Assembly: GCA_043827085.1 (NCBI GenBank)
Contig: JBDRPO010000010.1
Location: 1 to 51,936 of the forward strand
Direction: 5' to 3'
DNA from: a bacterium
Lineage (GTDB): Bacteria; Patescibacteriota; Microgenomatia; UBA1400; UBA12108
DNA: 51,936 nt
Position 1 is the stretch's first letter. Every line of letters begins with the position of its first letter. Of the stretch, positions 29,153-39,152 are shown piece after piece. The notes below the pieces were generated by a model that searched no databases, was not told where the DNA came from, and saw only the letters and a program-made list of their open reading frames with translations. The position numbers were made by a program, and so were the translations under genes.

Positions 29153-29221
29153 TAACCAATAACCAAGCACTAAATTACAAACAATAAACACAAAAATAAT
29201 AAATTAAAAATTATAAAACAA

Positions 29222-32200
29222 ATGACAAAACCGAAAATCATTGAACCAAAGCTGACGAAGAATGCCCTAGAAGTAGCGAGGAAGCGGTATTTGCGAACAG
29301 ACATGAAGGGTAGGGTTGTGGAGACGCCGGGAGAGATGTTGTGGCGAGTGGCGTACCATATGGCAAAGCCTGAAGTGCAATGGGGAACGAATGGGATTGT
29401 GATGGAGATGGCGAATAAGTTTTACGAGCGTATGACTAGCCTGAAAATGGTGTGTGCCGGTAAGGCCATGTTTGAGGCGGGGAATCCGGGAGGAACGGGA
29501 CAACTGTCGTCTTGTTTTGTCCTTCCTATTGACGATTCAATTCAGACGATTTTTAAGACTTTGGGGGACGCGGCGGTCGTACATAAAAACAATGGGGGAA
29601 CAGGGTTTAACTTTAGTAAGATCAGGCCCCATGGAGATAAGGTAAAGAATGTACCTGGGGCGGCTAGTGGGCCAGTTGACTTTCTTAAGGCATATTCGGC
29701 AGCCTTGGCGCAGATATTGCAGGGAGCAAAGAGGCAAGGGGCAAATATTGGAATACTGAATGTGGATCATCCGGACGTCGAAGAGTTTATTTATCTAAAG
29801 GACCTTGATGGGACGATCAAGAATTTTAATGTGTCAGTGGGGGTAAACGATGAATTTATGCAGGCGGTCGAAGCAGATAAGTACTGGAATTTAGTTAATC
29901 CGCGGAGTCATGAGGTGGTAAAGAGAGTAAAGGCAAAGTCCCTATTTAACAAAATAGCAGTACAAGCATGGAAGACGGGGGATCCAGGACTGATGTTTTT
30001 GGACAATACAGAAAAAGGGAATACGGTTCCGAATTATGGAAAGTTAGAGGCGACTAACCCATGTGTGACAGGTGATACCATGGTGGCAACTAACAAAGGG
30101 TGGGAGAGAATTGATCAGTTGATTAACCGAGACGAAGTATTAGTTATTGTGGATACACGAGTGATTGGTGTACAGAAAATAGAAACAAAGAGAACAACTC
30201 AAGTAATTAAAACTGGTGATAAACAAGTATATAAGTTAGAAACAAAGAGTGGATACAGTTTAAAGGCGACGTCGGATCATAAGATTATGACCACTGAAGG
30301 TTGGAAAGAGGTGAAATTGTTGAGAACGGGAGACAGGGTATTGATACAACATGATAAGGGTGAGTTTGAGAAAGAGAGCAAACTTCATTTTAAATGGAAC
30401 AATAGGAAAATTGGCAAAAACGGTCGAAAGTACCAATTCCAACTGCCGTTAAATTGGAATAAAGAACTTGGGGTATTGTTGGGCTGGTTAGTTGGAGATG
30501 GATTTGTACGTGAAGAAACAGAAAAGCACGGGGCGTACTTAAATTTAACTTTTGGAAGAGGTAAAGAAAAAGCAAGAGATTATTTCTTGGAATTACTGTC
30601 AAAATGGTGTGGATCTGCGAGAGCACATGAAGCAACAGAGCGAACTAAACAAATATTTGTTAGTAGCAAGTTTGTGGTGGATTACTTTGTACAACTTGGT
30701 GTAGGAACTAAGAGATCTGAGTACAAGCGCGTACCAAATAGTATTTTTACAGCGCCTAAAGAGATGGTAATTGGGTTCTTGCAAGGATTATTTTCTTCGG
30801 ATGGGAAAGTGGGATATGTGAAAAACAAATCTGCCTATGTACGTCTAACTAGTAAATCTCGAGATCTGTTAACCGACGTGCAGTTACTTTTGCTTCAACT
30901 AGGTATTAAAACGAGGGTATATGACAGATCAAGAGGTGAACGGATCAACTTGTTCCCCGAGTATACGAACGCTAATGGTGAGGTAAAACGTTATGGATCA
31001 GATGGAGCTTTATGGGAAATCGAGATTTCAAAAGATGTAGTGATCAAATTTATTGATGATATTGGATTTTTGTTTGATATGCACAGCGACAAAGTTAAGT
31101 TGTTAAGAAGCAAAACTTATTACACAACTAAATGGGATGACGTAATTGTGTCTATAGAAAAGCTTGGAATTGAGCCAGTTTATGATTTGACAGAGCCAGA
31201 AACCCATTCATTTATTGCTGGAGGGATAGTAGTCCACAACTGTGGTGAGATAGCCCTTTTCCCATATGAGTCATGTAACTTGACTAGCATCGATTTGGCA
31301 AGACATATTAAGGGGAAGAAAGTTGATTGGGAAGAACTAAGAGAAACAGTGCGGTTGGGGGTGAGGTTTCTCGACAACATGATCGAGGTAAACGCGTACC
31401 CGGTACCAGAGATTGAGGCAGCGGTAAAAAACGGCAACCGGCGGATAGGGCTCGGAGTAATGGGATTTGCTCACGTGCTGTACCGGATGGGAATCCCATA
31501 TAACTCAAATGAAGCAGTGAAATTGGCGAAAGAACTAGCAAAGTTTATTTATGAGACGGCAGCAGAAATGTCGGCGGAGCTCGCCGAAGTACGGGGTAAC
31601 TTCCCCAACTGGGATCTCTCGATTTATCCGGCAAAGGGACAGCCGATGCGTAACTGTGCGGTGACAATGATCGCGCCGACCGGAACAATCTCAATCTTGG
31701 TCGATACGAGCTCTGGGATTGAGCCAGTGTTTGCACTAGTTACCAAAAGACGGACTTTTTATGAGGATGATAAAGTGAATCATTCTACGAAAGAACTGTT
31801 AATGGTTGATCCTGTATTTGAAGAATACATAGGGAAGAGAAAAAATATTCTCGAGCAAGTGGTAAATGGTGATTATTCGGGGCTAAGTGAAGAGGAAAAA
31901 AAGATTTTTGTGACGACACACACAATTCTCCCTGAGTGGCACGTAAAGATCCAGGCTGCGTGGCAGAAATACTTTGATAATTCGATCAGTAAGACAGTAA
32001 ATTTCCCCCACACTGCAACGGTGGAGGATGTAAAAACAACTTATATGATGGCGTGGAAGTTGGGATGTAAGGGGGTAACGATTTATCGGGATGGAAGTAA
32101 GGGGGATCAAGTGCTCTCGACTAGTCAGCCAATCAGTGAGCCAGTAGATCAGAAAGAAGACTTGGTTTGCCCGGAATGTGGGGGCAAGCTACACAAGCAA

Positions 32201-32248
32201 GATGGGTGCTCGAAATGCATTGATTGTGGGTTTAGCGTATGTGGATAA
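29222..32248 (+). CDS. nrdJ: Class II ribonucleotide reductase, copy 2, intein-containing
   Basis: QLSSCFV, GGTG, GDPG, NP|CGE, SCNL, RRIGLG, APTG, SISKT, C-terminal CPEC..CIDC. Confidence 0.92.
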   Translation: MTKPKIIEPKLTKNALEVARKRYLRTDMKGRVVETPGEMLWRVAYHMAKPEVQWGTNGIVMEMANKFYERMTSLKMVCAGKAMFEAGNPGGTGQLSSCFVLPIDDSIQTIFKTLGDAAVVHKNNGGTGFNFSKIRPHGDKVKNVPGAASGPVDFLKAYSAALAQILQGAKRQGANIGILNVDHPDVEEFIYLKDLDGTIKNFNVSVGVNDEFMQAVEADKYWNLVNPRSHEVVKRVKAKSLFNKIAVQAWKTGDPGLMFLDNTEKGNTVPNYGKLEATNPCVTGDTMVATNKGWERIDQLINRDEVLVIVDTRVIGVQKIETKRTTQVIKTGDKQVYKLETKSGYSLKATSDHKIMTTEGWKEVKLLRTGDRVLIQHDKGEFEKESKLHFKWNNRKIGKNGRKYQFQLPLNWNKELGVLLGWLVGDGFVREETEKHGAYLNLTFGRGKEKARDYFLELLSKWCGSARAHEATERTKQIFVSSKFVVDYFVQLGVGTKRSEYKRVPNSIFTAPKEMVIGFLQGLFSSDGKVGYVKNKSAYVRLTSKSRDLLTDVQLLLLQLGIKTRVYDRSRGERINLFPEYTNANGEVKRYGSDGALWEIEISKDVVIKFIDDIGFLFDMHSDKVKLLRSKTYYTTKWDDVIVSIEKLGIEPVYDLTEPETHSFIAGGIVVHNCGEIALFPYESCNLTSIDLARHIKGKKVDWEELRETVRLGVRFLDNMIEVNAYPVPEIEAAVKNGNRRIGLGVMGFAHVLYRMGIPYNSNEAVKLAKELAKFIYETAAEMSAELAEVRGNFPNWDLSIYPAKGQPMRNCAVTMIAPTGTISILVDTSSGIEPVFALVTKRRTFYEDDKVNHSTKELLMVDPVFEEYIGKRKNILEQVVNGDYSGLSEEEKKIFVTTHTILPEWHVKIQAAWQKYFDNSISKTVNFPHTATVEDVKTTYMMAWKLGCKGVTIYRDGSKGDQVLSTSQPISEPVDQKEDLVCPECGGKLHKQDGCSKCIDCGFSVCG
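30062..31240 (+). mobile_element. 393-aa canonical LAGLIDADG intein
   Basis: CVTGDT, ATSDH, GWLVGDG and GLFSSDG, VYDL...HSF, ends VVHN|C. Confidence 0.93.
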
Positions 32249-34461
32249 ATAGAATCATTAAACGAGATGGGAGAGAGGTGGAATTCAGGTTAGAAAAACT
32301 GGCGGAGGCAATTAGTAAGGCAGGGATACAGACTAAAGAGTTTGGGGAGAAAGAAGCAAAGAGGTTAGCGGAAATAGTTGTGGTGCTTGTTGAAAAGTCG
32401 TTAAAGGAAAGGGAAATCGCACAGGTCGAAAAAATTCAAGATATTGTTGAACAGGTGCTGATGGCGGCGGGACACTACCAAACAGCTAAGGCATATATTT
32501 TGTATCGACAAGCAAGGAGCGAAGAGAGACGAGTCGAGCGGATTATCGGAGTAAAAGATGATTTGGATTTGACACCGAACCAACTAAAAGTTCTCTCTAG
32601 CAGATATCTACTAAAAGACGAGGAAGGAAGGGTAATTGAGACGCCTAGCGAGTTATTTCGTCGAGTGGCTAAGAATCTGGCAGTAGTTGAAAAGAAAGAT
32701 AAGCGGAAAAAGATAGAAGAGCAATTTTATGAAGTGATGAGCAGACTTGAGTTTTTACCGGCGGGGAGGACTTTAAACAACGCGGGGACACCCCAGTCCC
32801 AACTGGCAAATTGCTTTGTCCTCCCCATCGAGGACTCGATGGAGGGGATTTTTGACTCGGTGAAATATATGGCACTTGTACACCAGCGGGGCGGGGGAAC
32901 TGGGTTTAACTTTAGCAAGCTGAGGCCGAAGGGGGATGTGGTCACGAAATCGTCGGGTGGATTTGCGACGGGGCCGGTGTCGTTTATGAAGGTGTTTGAT
33001 ATTGCGACACGCCAAGTGATGCAGGGAGGTAAGAAACGCGGAGCCAACATGGGGATATTAAATGTGGATCACCCCGACATATTAGAGTTTGTCAATTGTA
33101 AGAGTGAGACGGGGGAGATTGAGAATTTTAATATTTCGGTGGGAGTATCGGACGCATTTATGAAGGCAGTGGAAACGAACTCTGACTGGGAGTTAAAGAA
33201 CCCGCGAACTGGAGAGGTAGTACAGACACTTCGAGCGCGGAGCTTGATGTCGCAACTAGTCGCACACGCGTGGCGGACGGGGGATCCAGGACTGATATTT
33301 CTAGATCTAATTAATCGCAATAACCCACTATTGAAGAGTTATGGACGAATCGATTCGACGAATCCGTGTGGAGAACAACCGCTCCATCCGTTTGATGCGT
33401 GTAATTTGGGGTCTATCAACTTGGCTAGGTTGGTGGGTAAAAATGGAGTGGATTGGGTGCGACTTGAGTTGGTGGTAAGGACAGGAGTGCGAATGCTTGA
33501 CGACGTGGTTGATGCATGTCGCTATCCACTTCCGCAAATTACGGAGACGGTACGCGCGAACAGGCGAATTGGGCTTGGAGTGATGGGATTTGCGGATATG
33601 CTTTATCAACTAAGGGTCCCCTATGACTCAGAGGCAGGAGTAAGACTGGCGACAAAATTAGCGAAGTTTATCCAAGAGACAAGTTGGAGTGAAAGTGAGA
33701 AACTCGCTAAAGAGAAGGGAGCGTTTCCTAGGTGGAAAGAATCTAGTTTTAAAATCAAGGTCAGAAATTTGGCGATTACGACAATTGCGCCAACGGGGAG
33801 TATTTCGATGCTTGCGGATGCATCAAGCGGGATTGAACCAGTGTTTGCCCTCGCTTTCACTAAAAATGTAGTAGAAGACAATGGACTGTTGTACATCAAT
33901 AAGTATTTTGCACAAGAACTCGCTGAGTCATCCTGGGCGGATGGGGACGCGGAGCATAAGGTGCGCGATAGAATAGTGCGGGAAGTGGCACAATTGGGGA
34001 GTGTGGCGCAGGTTTCTGGAGTACCCGACGAGGTAAAAGCGATATATCGGACGGCTCATGATATCACGCCGGAGTGGCACGTGAGGATGCAGTCGGCGTG
34101 GCAGAAGTATACGGATAATGCGGTCAGCAAAACAATAAACTTTCCTCATAGCGCTACGATTGATGATGTGGAGTCAGCGTATATATCAGCGTGGAAGCTC
34201 GGGTGTAAGGGGATCACAATATACAGAGATGGAAGTAAGGAGGGACAGATTCTATCAGTAGGGACAAAATCTGAGAAGTTAGACGCTAGACTCCAGACTC
34301 CAGTGAGATCGCAGATAATCCAGAGCAAGATCAAAACAGAGACACTAAAAGAGAGAAGTCAAAAGCTAAAAGAGGGGTGCCCGGAGTGTGGAGGGAAATT
34401 AGTGACGGAAGAGGGTTGTAGTAAATGTTATGGTTGCGGATTTAGTATGTGTAATGGGTGA
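32239..34461 (+). CDS. nrdJ: Class II ribonucleotide reductase, copy 3, with N-terminal ATP-cone and no intein
   Basis: IIKRDG ATP-cone, QLANCFV, intact NPCGEQ at 33361, ACNLGS, APTG, C-terminal CPEC..CYGC. Confidence 0.93.
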   Translation: MWINRIIKRDGREVEFRLEKLAEAISKAGIQTKEFGEKEAKRLAEIVVVLVEKSLKEREIAQVEKIQDIVEQVLMAAGHYQTAKAYILYRQARSEERRVERIIGVKDDLDLTPNQLKVLSSRYLLKDEEGRVIETPSELFRRVAKNLAVVEKKDKRKKIEEQFYEVMSRLEFLPAGRTLNNAGTPQSQLANCFVLPIEDSMEGIFDSVKYMALVHQRGGGTGFNFSKLRPKGDVVTKSSGGFATGPVSFMKVFDIATRQVMQGGKKRGANMGILNVDHPDILEFVNCKSETGEIENFNISVGVSDAFMKAVETNSDWELKNPRTGEVVQTLRARSLMSQLVAHAWRTGDPGLIFLDLINRNNPLLKSYGRIDSTNPCGEQPLHPFDACNLGSINLARLVGKNGVDWVRLELVVRTGVRMLDDVVDACRYPLPQITETVRANRRIGLGVMGFADMLYQLRVPYDSEAGVRLATKLAKFIQETSWSESEKLAKEKGAFPRWKESSFKIKVRNLAITTIAPTGSISMLADASSGIEPVFALAFTKNVVEDNGLLYINKYFAQELAESSWADGDAEHKVRDRIVREVAQLGSVAQVSGVPDEVKAIYRTAHDITPEWHVRMQSAWQKYTDNAVSKTINFPHSATIDDVESAYISAWKLGCKGITIYRDGSKEGQILSVGTKSEKLDARLQTPVRSQIIQSKIKTETLKERSQKLKEGCPECGGKLVTEEGCSKCYGCGFSMCNG

Positions 34462-34512
34462 TATCATGATTTAAATCATTAGATCATTTTTAGAGTAGGG
34501 TAAAATATAAGA

Positions 34513-35142
34513 ATGCATAAAATTATATTGGCGAGTGGGAGCCCGAGAAGAAAAGAAATACTCACGTTATTGGGACTTAATTTTGAGGTGGTTGATTCAT
34601 TATTTGACGAGAATCTGATAAAGACCGATGATCCAGTGGAGATGGTGGAGGAGCTCGCCATCCAGAAAGCTCTTGCGGTTGCGAAAAAACACCCCGATGC
34701 AGTCATAATCGGCGGAGATACGACGGTAGAAATCGACGGTGAGATTTTGGGGAAAGCGACAACGAAGGAAGAAGCTAGTGAAATATTTGGGAAGCTACTA
34801 GGTAAGACTCACCAGGTAGTGACGGGAGTGGTAGTTGTTGATTCTCTGACGGGAGAGTCGTTTGCAGGGAGCGAGGTGGGGGTCGTGAAATTTCGCGCTC
34901 CACTCCATGGAGAACTAGATAAATATGTAGAGGAGGAGAAAAACTGGCGAGGGTTTGCGGGAGCGTACGCCTTACAGGGGGGAGCGGCTCCGTTTACACA
35001 GGAACAAACGGGTAAGTTGTCGGCGATTATTGGGATGCCGGTTGAGCTGACCGCCGCACTTCTAGAGCAAGCGGGAGTAATTATTGAAGTAGATCCACAG
35101 GAGATAGAATTGAGTCTCTATGGAAAGAAAGTGGGGATATGA
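34513..35142 (+). CDS. maf: Maf-family nucleotide pyrophosphatase
   Basis: ILASGSPRR, FDE, KA, DT, LGK, AGAY. Confidence 0.92.
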   Translation: MHKIILASGSPRRKEILTLLGLNFEVVDSLFDENLIKTDDPVEMVEELAIQKALAVAKKHPDAVIIGGDTTVEIDGEILGKATTKEEASEIFGKLLGKTHQVVTGVVVVDSLTGESFAGSEVGVVKFRAPLHGELDKYVEEEKNWRGFAGAYALQGGAAPFTQEQTGKLSAIIGMPVELTAALLEQAGVIIEVDPQEIELSLYGKKVGI

Positions 35143-35660
35143 GAGAAGGATTGGTGTATGTGTTTACGGGCGAGGGGAAGGGGAAGACGTCGGCGGCTTT
35201 GGGGGTGGCGGTGCGGGCAGCGCTCTCAGGGATGAAAGTGGCGATCGTACAGTGGTACAAGGAAAAGAGGTGGCCGATTGCCGAGCACAAACTGGGAGAT
35301 AAGTTTGAGAATATTGAGATATACCCCATGGGGAGTGGGTTTTATAAGCTGCCGAGTGATCACGCGAGTCCTACCGAGCACAAGAAAGCGGCTCAGGATG
35401 CGTTGGTTCAGGCAGGCGAGCTGATAGGAGAGGTGGATTTACTAGTCTTGGATGAGATATATAATGCGGTGAGAGATAAGCTTTTAACAGAAAAGGAGGT
35501 GCTAGAGCTGATAGGGGAGCGAAGGGAAACTCATTTGGTATTGACGGGGAGAGGAGCAACGGAAAGAATTATTGAGGCAGCAGACTTGGTGACGGAGTGC
35601 AGGAAAATTAAGCATCCATATGATAGAGGGAAAATTGCAGTTCGTGGACTAGATTATTAA
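35139..35660 (+). CDS. btuR: ATP:cob(I)alamin adenosyltransferase (CobA/BtuR/CobO)
   Basis: TGEGKGKTSAALG, VLDE, LTGR, ADLVTE, KHPY..G...RG. Confidence 0.92.
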   Translation: MREGLVYVFTGEGKGKTSAALGVAVRAALSGMKVAIVQWYKEKRWPIAEHKLGDKFENIEIYPMGSGFYKLPSDHASPTEHKKAAQDALVQAGELIGEVDLLVLDEIYNAVRDKLLTEKEVLELIGERRETHLVLTGRGATERIIEAADLVTECRKIKHPYDRGKIAVRGLDY

Positions 35661-35713
35661 TGTAAATTTTGCCGTATAATGGGTTTGAGAGAATATGTAT
35701 GGGAGGTGTTTTT

Positions 35714-36109
35714 ATGGTGGATCTGAAGAAAGAAAAAGAGCCGATTACCAGAGTTGAACGGGTGAGTGTAGCTGATGAAAAGGTAACGGTGGAAGTTCCC
35801 CGTTCGACAGAGGATAAAGCCAAGGAGAGCTTGGAAGTGCAGAGTTGGATCGAAAAAATAGAAAAGAGGTTTGCCAGGATACCGAACCAGACGAGTGATG
35901 TAACTGACGATACGGTAGTAATACAACAACCTCAAGCACAACAACCACCTGTCACTTTGCCGGTGACTCAACAACAAATGTATGCTGGGAAGAAAGCTAA
36001 AATTGATACGGGGTTATCGTGGCTTGTAACGTGGGCAATTAGACAAATTAAAATGCTCTCCAAAATCGGACGAAAGGTAAAATTGCAGGATATGCCGGAG
36101 GCAAAGTAA
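35714..36109 (+). CDS. Hypothetical protein
   Basis: SD GGAGGTG at 35702, TATAAT at 35675; coupled to the next gene. Confidence 0.7.
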   Translation: MVDLKKEKEPITRVERVSVADEKVTVEVPRSTEDKAKESLEVQSWIEKIEKRFARIPNQTSDVTDDTVVIQQPQAQQPPVTLPVTQQQMYAGKKAKIDTGLSWLVTWAIRQIKMLSKIGRKVKLQDMPEAK

Positions 36110-38436
36110 TGCAGGGGTTTGAACAAGTATCAACAATTATGACTAACTTGGCTTATGCCTTGGTTTTCTTGGGAATTGGGATAACGGGGCTTTTTGCATT
36201 AGGTTATGCGTTTCTCTTGTGGATACGAAACCGAAATCGGGAAGAGTATAGCTTGTCATTTGTGACTCTGGAGGTAGTACTTCCCAGAGATAATGAGATT
36301 AAGATAGACGCGGCGGAACAACTATTTGCGAGTTTGTATTCGGTCAAAAATGAAGAGTGGTATTCATTCCTCCAGTCGGAACATGCGGTCTCTTTTGAGA
36401 TTGTGGGGAGAAAGGAAGACATTCGTTTTTATGTTTCGGTACCGCATGAGCTGATGGAGCTCGTGGAAAAGCAGATCCACGGGGCATACCCCGGGGCAGA
36501 GATTAAGTCAGTTGAGGAGTTCTCAATATTTACTGAAGGCGGCAAAGTGGCTTTTGAGTCACTTGTGAAGAGCCAGGCGGGATATTATCCGATTCAGTCT
36601 TTCCGTGATTTGGCTACAGATCCGTTATCATCCATCACTTCTTTCCTGGCAAAGATGAAGGAAGGGGAGGGGGCGATGCTCCAGATAATAGTTTCGCCGG
36701 CTTCGCACTCGTGGAGTTCACGAGGACATGGATACATAAGTAAGGCAAAAAAGGATGAGAGTAACCCGGAGAAAGCAAGTTATACAGTTGACCCGAAGGC
36801 GCTTGAAGCGATCGAGCGATCGGCAGGGAAGCCTGGGTTTGAAGTGTCAGTACGATTGGTAGTTAACGCTCCAACCAAACAAGAAGCTCATACGCTCCTT
36901 AAACAGTTTGCTGGGACATTTTCACAGTTTGCGGGGCCGTATAACAAGTTCACAAAACAGCGGATTTGGTTAAAGAGACTGTTTATGGTGGACTTTATTT
37001 ACCGATACCAAGCGATGTTTCGAGGGAAGTCAATCTTAAATTCAGAAGAGCTCGCGACAGTATTCCACTTTCCCAATAAGCAGGTGGAAACGCCACATAT
37101 CCACTGGCTTACGGCCAAGTCGGCGCCCGCCCCGGCACAGATTCCGAGTGAAGGGTTATATCTAGGGAAAAGTGTATATCGAGGTTTGTCGCGGAAGATT
37201 TATATTTCGGACAAGGATAGGGCACGGCATATGTATATCATTGGGAAAACCGGTGTAGGTAAATCAGAGTTAATGATGGATATGGTGATGCAAGACATCC
37301 GGGCTGGGAAGGGAGTATGTTTTATTGATCCACATGACACGGTGGAGAAAATACTCGAGTTTATCCCCCCCGAGCGAGCGGAGGATGTGATTTACTTTAA
37401 CCCTGCCGATACTGAGCGCCCCATGGGTCTGAATATGCTTGAGGCGCGGACAGAAGAAGAGAAGCAGTTCGTGGCTAGCTCGATCATCAACTTAATGTAT
37501 AAATTATACGATCCGCACAAGACAGGGATTATTGGGCCGCGGTTTGAGCACGCGATCAGGAACGCCATGATGACCGTCATGTGCGAGCCCGGGGCCACCT
37601 TTATAGAGATAGTTCGGGTGATGACAGATCCGAAGTTTTTGCAGGAGTTGTTACCCAAGGTACAAGATCCGATGGTTAAGCGCTACTGGACAGATCAAAT
37701 TGCCCAGACCTCAGATTTCCACAAATCGGAAGTACTCGACTACATCGTGTCGAAATTTGGACGCTTTATTACCGATAAAATGATGCGCAATATCATCGGT
37801 CAGTCATACAGCGCGTTTGATTTCCGTAAGGTGATGGATGAGGGGAAGATACTCCTAATTAACCTGGCGAAGGGGAGGATAGGGGAGGAGAATTCGGCTT
37901 TCCTAGGGCTCATTTTGGTGCCGAAAATCCTAGTAGCTGCGATGTCCCGGCAAGATATCCCAGAGTCGGAACGACGTGATTTTAACCTCTATGTCGATGA
38001 GTTCCAGAACTTTGCGACTCCTGACTTTGCCACGATCCTGTCGGAAGCACGTAAGTACCACCTGAACCTGATTGTGGCGAACCAATTTATCGGACAGATT
38101 GACGAAGAGGTGAAGAACGCGGTGTTTGGGAACGTGGGGACACTCTTGTCATTCCGCGTCGGAGTGCAGGACGCAAACTTTTTGCAACACGAGTTTGTGC
38201 CGACATTCTCAGAGTCTGACTTGACGAATGTGGAGCGGTATCACACGTTTGTGAAGACGATTGTGGATAATGAACCGATGCCGCCATTTTCGATGGATTT
38301 GACGAGAAATATCGAGGCGGAGAGGAAGCTCGCCAACCCGAAGCTCGCCGAGATGATCAAGAAACTGTCGAGGCTAAAGTACGGGAAGGATAAGAATATT
38401 TTGGAAGTGGAGATCGCGAAGCGAGCGAGATTGTAG
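36109..38436 (+). CDS. VirD4/TraD/HerA-like coupling ATPase with N-terminal membrane anchor
   Basis: TM helix, Walker A GKTGVGKS, IDPH, Walker B YVDEFQNF, EARKY, ANQ. Confidence 0.85.
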   Translation: MQGFEQVSTIMTNLAYALVFLGIGITGLFALGYAFLLWIRNRNREEYSLSFVTLEVVLPRDNEIKIDAAEQLFASLYSVKNEEWYSFLQSEHAVSFEIVGRKEDIRFYVSVPHELMELVEKQIHGAYPGAEIKSVEEFSIFTEGGKVAFESLVKSQAGYYPIQSFRDLATDPLSSITSFLAKMKEGEGAMLQIIVSPASHSWSSRGHGYISKAKKDESNPEKASYTVDPKALEAIERSAGKPGFEVSVRLVVNAPTKQEAHTLLKQFAGTFSQFAGPYNKFTKQRIWLKRLFMVDFIYRYQAMFRGKSILNSEELATVFHFPNKQVETPHIHWLTAKSAPAPAQIPSEGLYLGKSVYRGLSRKIYISDKDRARHMYIIGKTGVGKSELMMDMVMQDIRAGKGVCFIDPHDTVEKILEFIPPERAEDVIYFNPADTERPMGLNMLEARTEEEKQFVASSIINLMYKLYDPHKTGIIGPRFEHAIRNAMMTVMCEPGATFIEIVRVMTDPKFLQELLPKVQDPMVKRYWTDQIAQTSDFHKSEVLDYIVSKFGRFITDKMMRNIIGQSYSAFDFRKVMDEGKILLINLAKGRIGEENSAFLGLILVPKILVAAMSRQDIPESERRDFNLYVDEFQNFATPDFATILSEARKYHLNLIVANQFIGQIDEEVKNAVFGNVGTLLSFRVGVQDANFLQHEFVPTFSESDLTNVERYHTFVKTIVDNEPMPPFSMDLTRNIEAERKLANPKLAEMIKKLSRLKYGKDKNILEVEIAKRARL

Positions 38437-38448
38437 TTTTGTACAAAT

Positions 38449-38477
38449 TTGACAAAAGTGTAGATTTGTATTAAAGT
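38449..38477 (+). promoter_or_regulatory. Promoter of the TA operon with a possible operator
   Basis: TTGACA-17-TAAAGT; inverted TACAAAT (38442) / ATTTGTA (38464) flank the -35. Confidence 0.5.
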
Positions 38478-38485
38478 CAGGGTAT

Positions 38486-38788
38486 ATGAACTATACAAGA
38501 GTAACGGTTGCAGATTTTCGGAATAATATGGCAGATTATATGGCCAGGACTAAGATTGGTCAGGAGATTTTTGAGGTGGAGAAGTGGGGAAATATAACAG
38601 GATATTTTGTTCCCGCAGAAGTAATTCAGATAAAAATAAAAAAGAGCGATAAGGTTAAGAGCGACGCGATTGACCAAGCTTTTGGGATGTATGCAAATCG
38701 GAAAGATTGGAAGGGTAGAAGAACGGCTGATATTGTGCAAGAAATGAGGGATAAAGAGGAAGCTAGATATGTCAACTTACTTGGTTGA
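38486..38788 (+). CDS. Putative antitoxin (Phd/YefM-like N-terminus)
   Basis: VTVADFRNNMADYM...FEVEKWG; overlaps the PIN gene. Confidence 0.7.
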   Translation: MNYTRVTVADFRNNMADYMARTKIGQEIFEVEKWGNITGYFVPAEVIQIKIKKSDKVKSDAIDQAFGMYANRKDWKGRRTADIVQEMRDKEEARYVNLLG

Positions 38789-39152
38789 TACAACGGTACT
38801 CATAGATGTGCAGAGGCATAGGTTGGAAGCAGCTCAGTTTTTGAAGGACAATGATGTTGTGGTTTCGTATGTCACATCACTGGAAATGCTTGTGGGTGTA
38901 AAAAATAAGGAGGATATGTCAAAAACAAATAAATTGTTGAACGGATTGGTAATGCATGGTGGCAACACAAAAATCAGTGAGAAAGCCGTTGAATTTATGA
39001 GGAGTTATCGGTTGATAATGGGAATTGGAATTTATGATGCGATATTGGCTGCTACAGCTATAGAACTGAAGATGATATTAGTGACTGATAATGTGAAACA
39101 TTTTCGAGGTATTGGTGGTTTGGTGGTAAAAAAACTTGCTGAGGTGATTTAG
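38769..39152 (+). CDS. vapC: PIN-domain toxin, VapC family
   Basis: LVDTTVLID, E, DAILAATA, LVTDNVKHF. Confidence 0.88.
   Translation: MSTYLVDTTVLIDVQRHRLEAAQFLKDNDVVVSYVTSLEMLVGVKNKEDMSKTNKLLNGLVMHGGNTKISEKAVEFMRSYRLIMGIGIYDAILAATAIELKMILVTDNVKHFRGIGGLVVKKLAEVI

Noticed and set aside
36109-38436. Conjugative element around the VirD4-like ATPase
   Set aside because: No relaxase, VirB4 or mating-pair genes lie nearby; it appears to be a stand-alone chromosomal gene.
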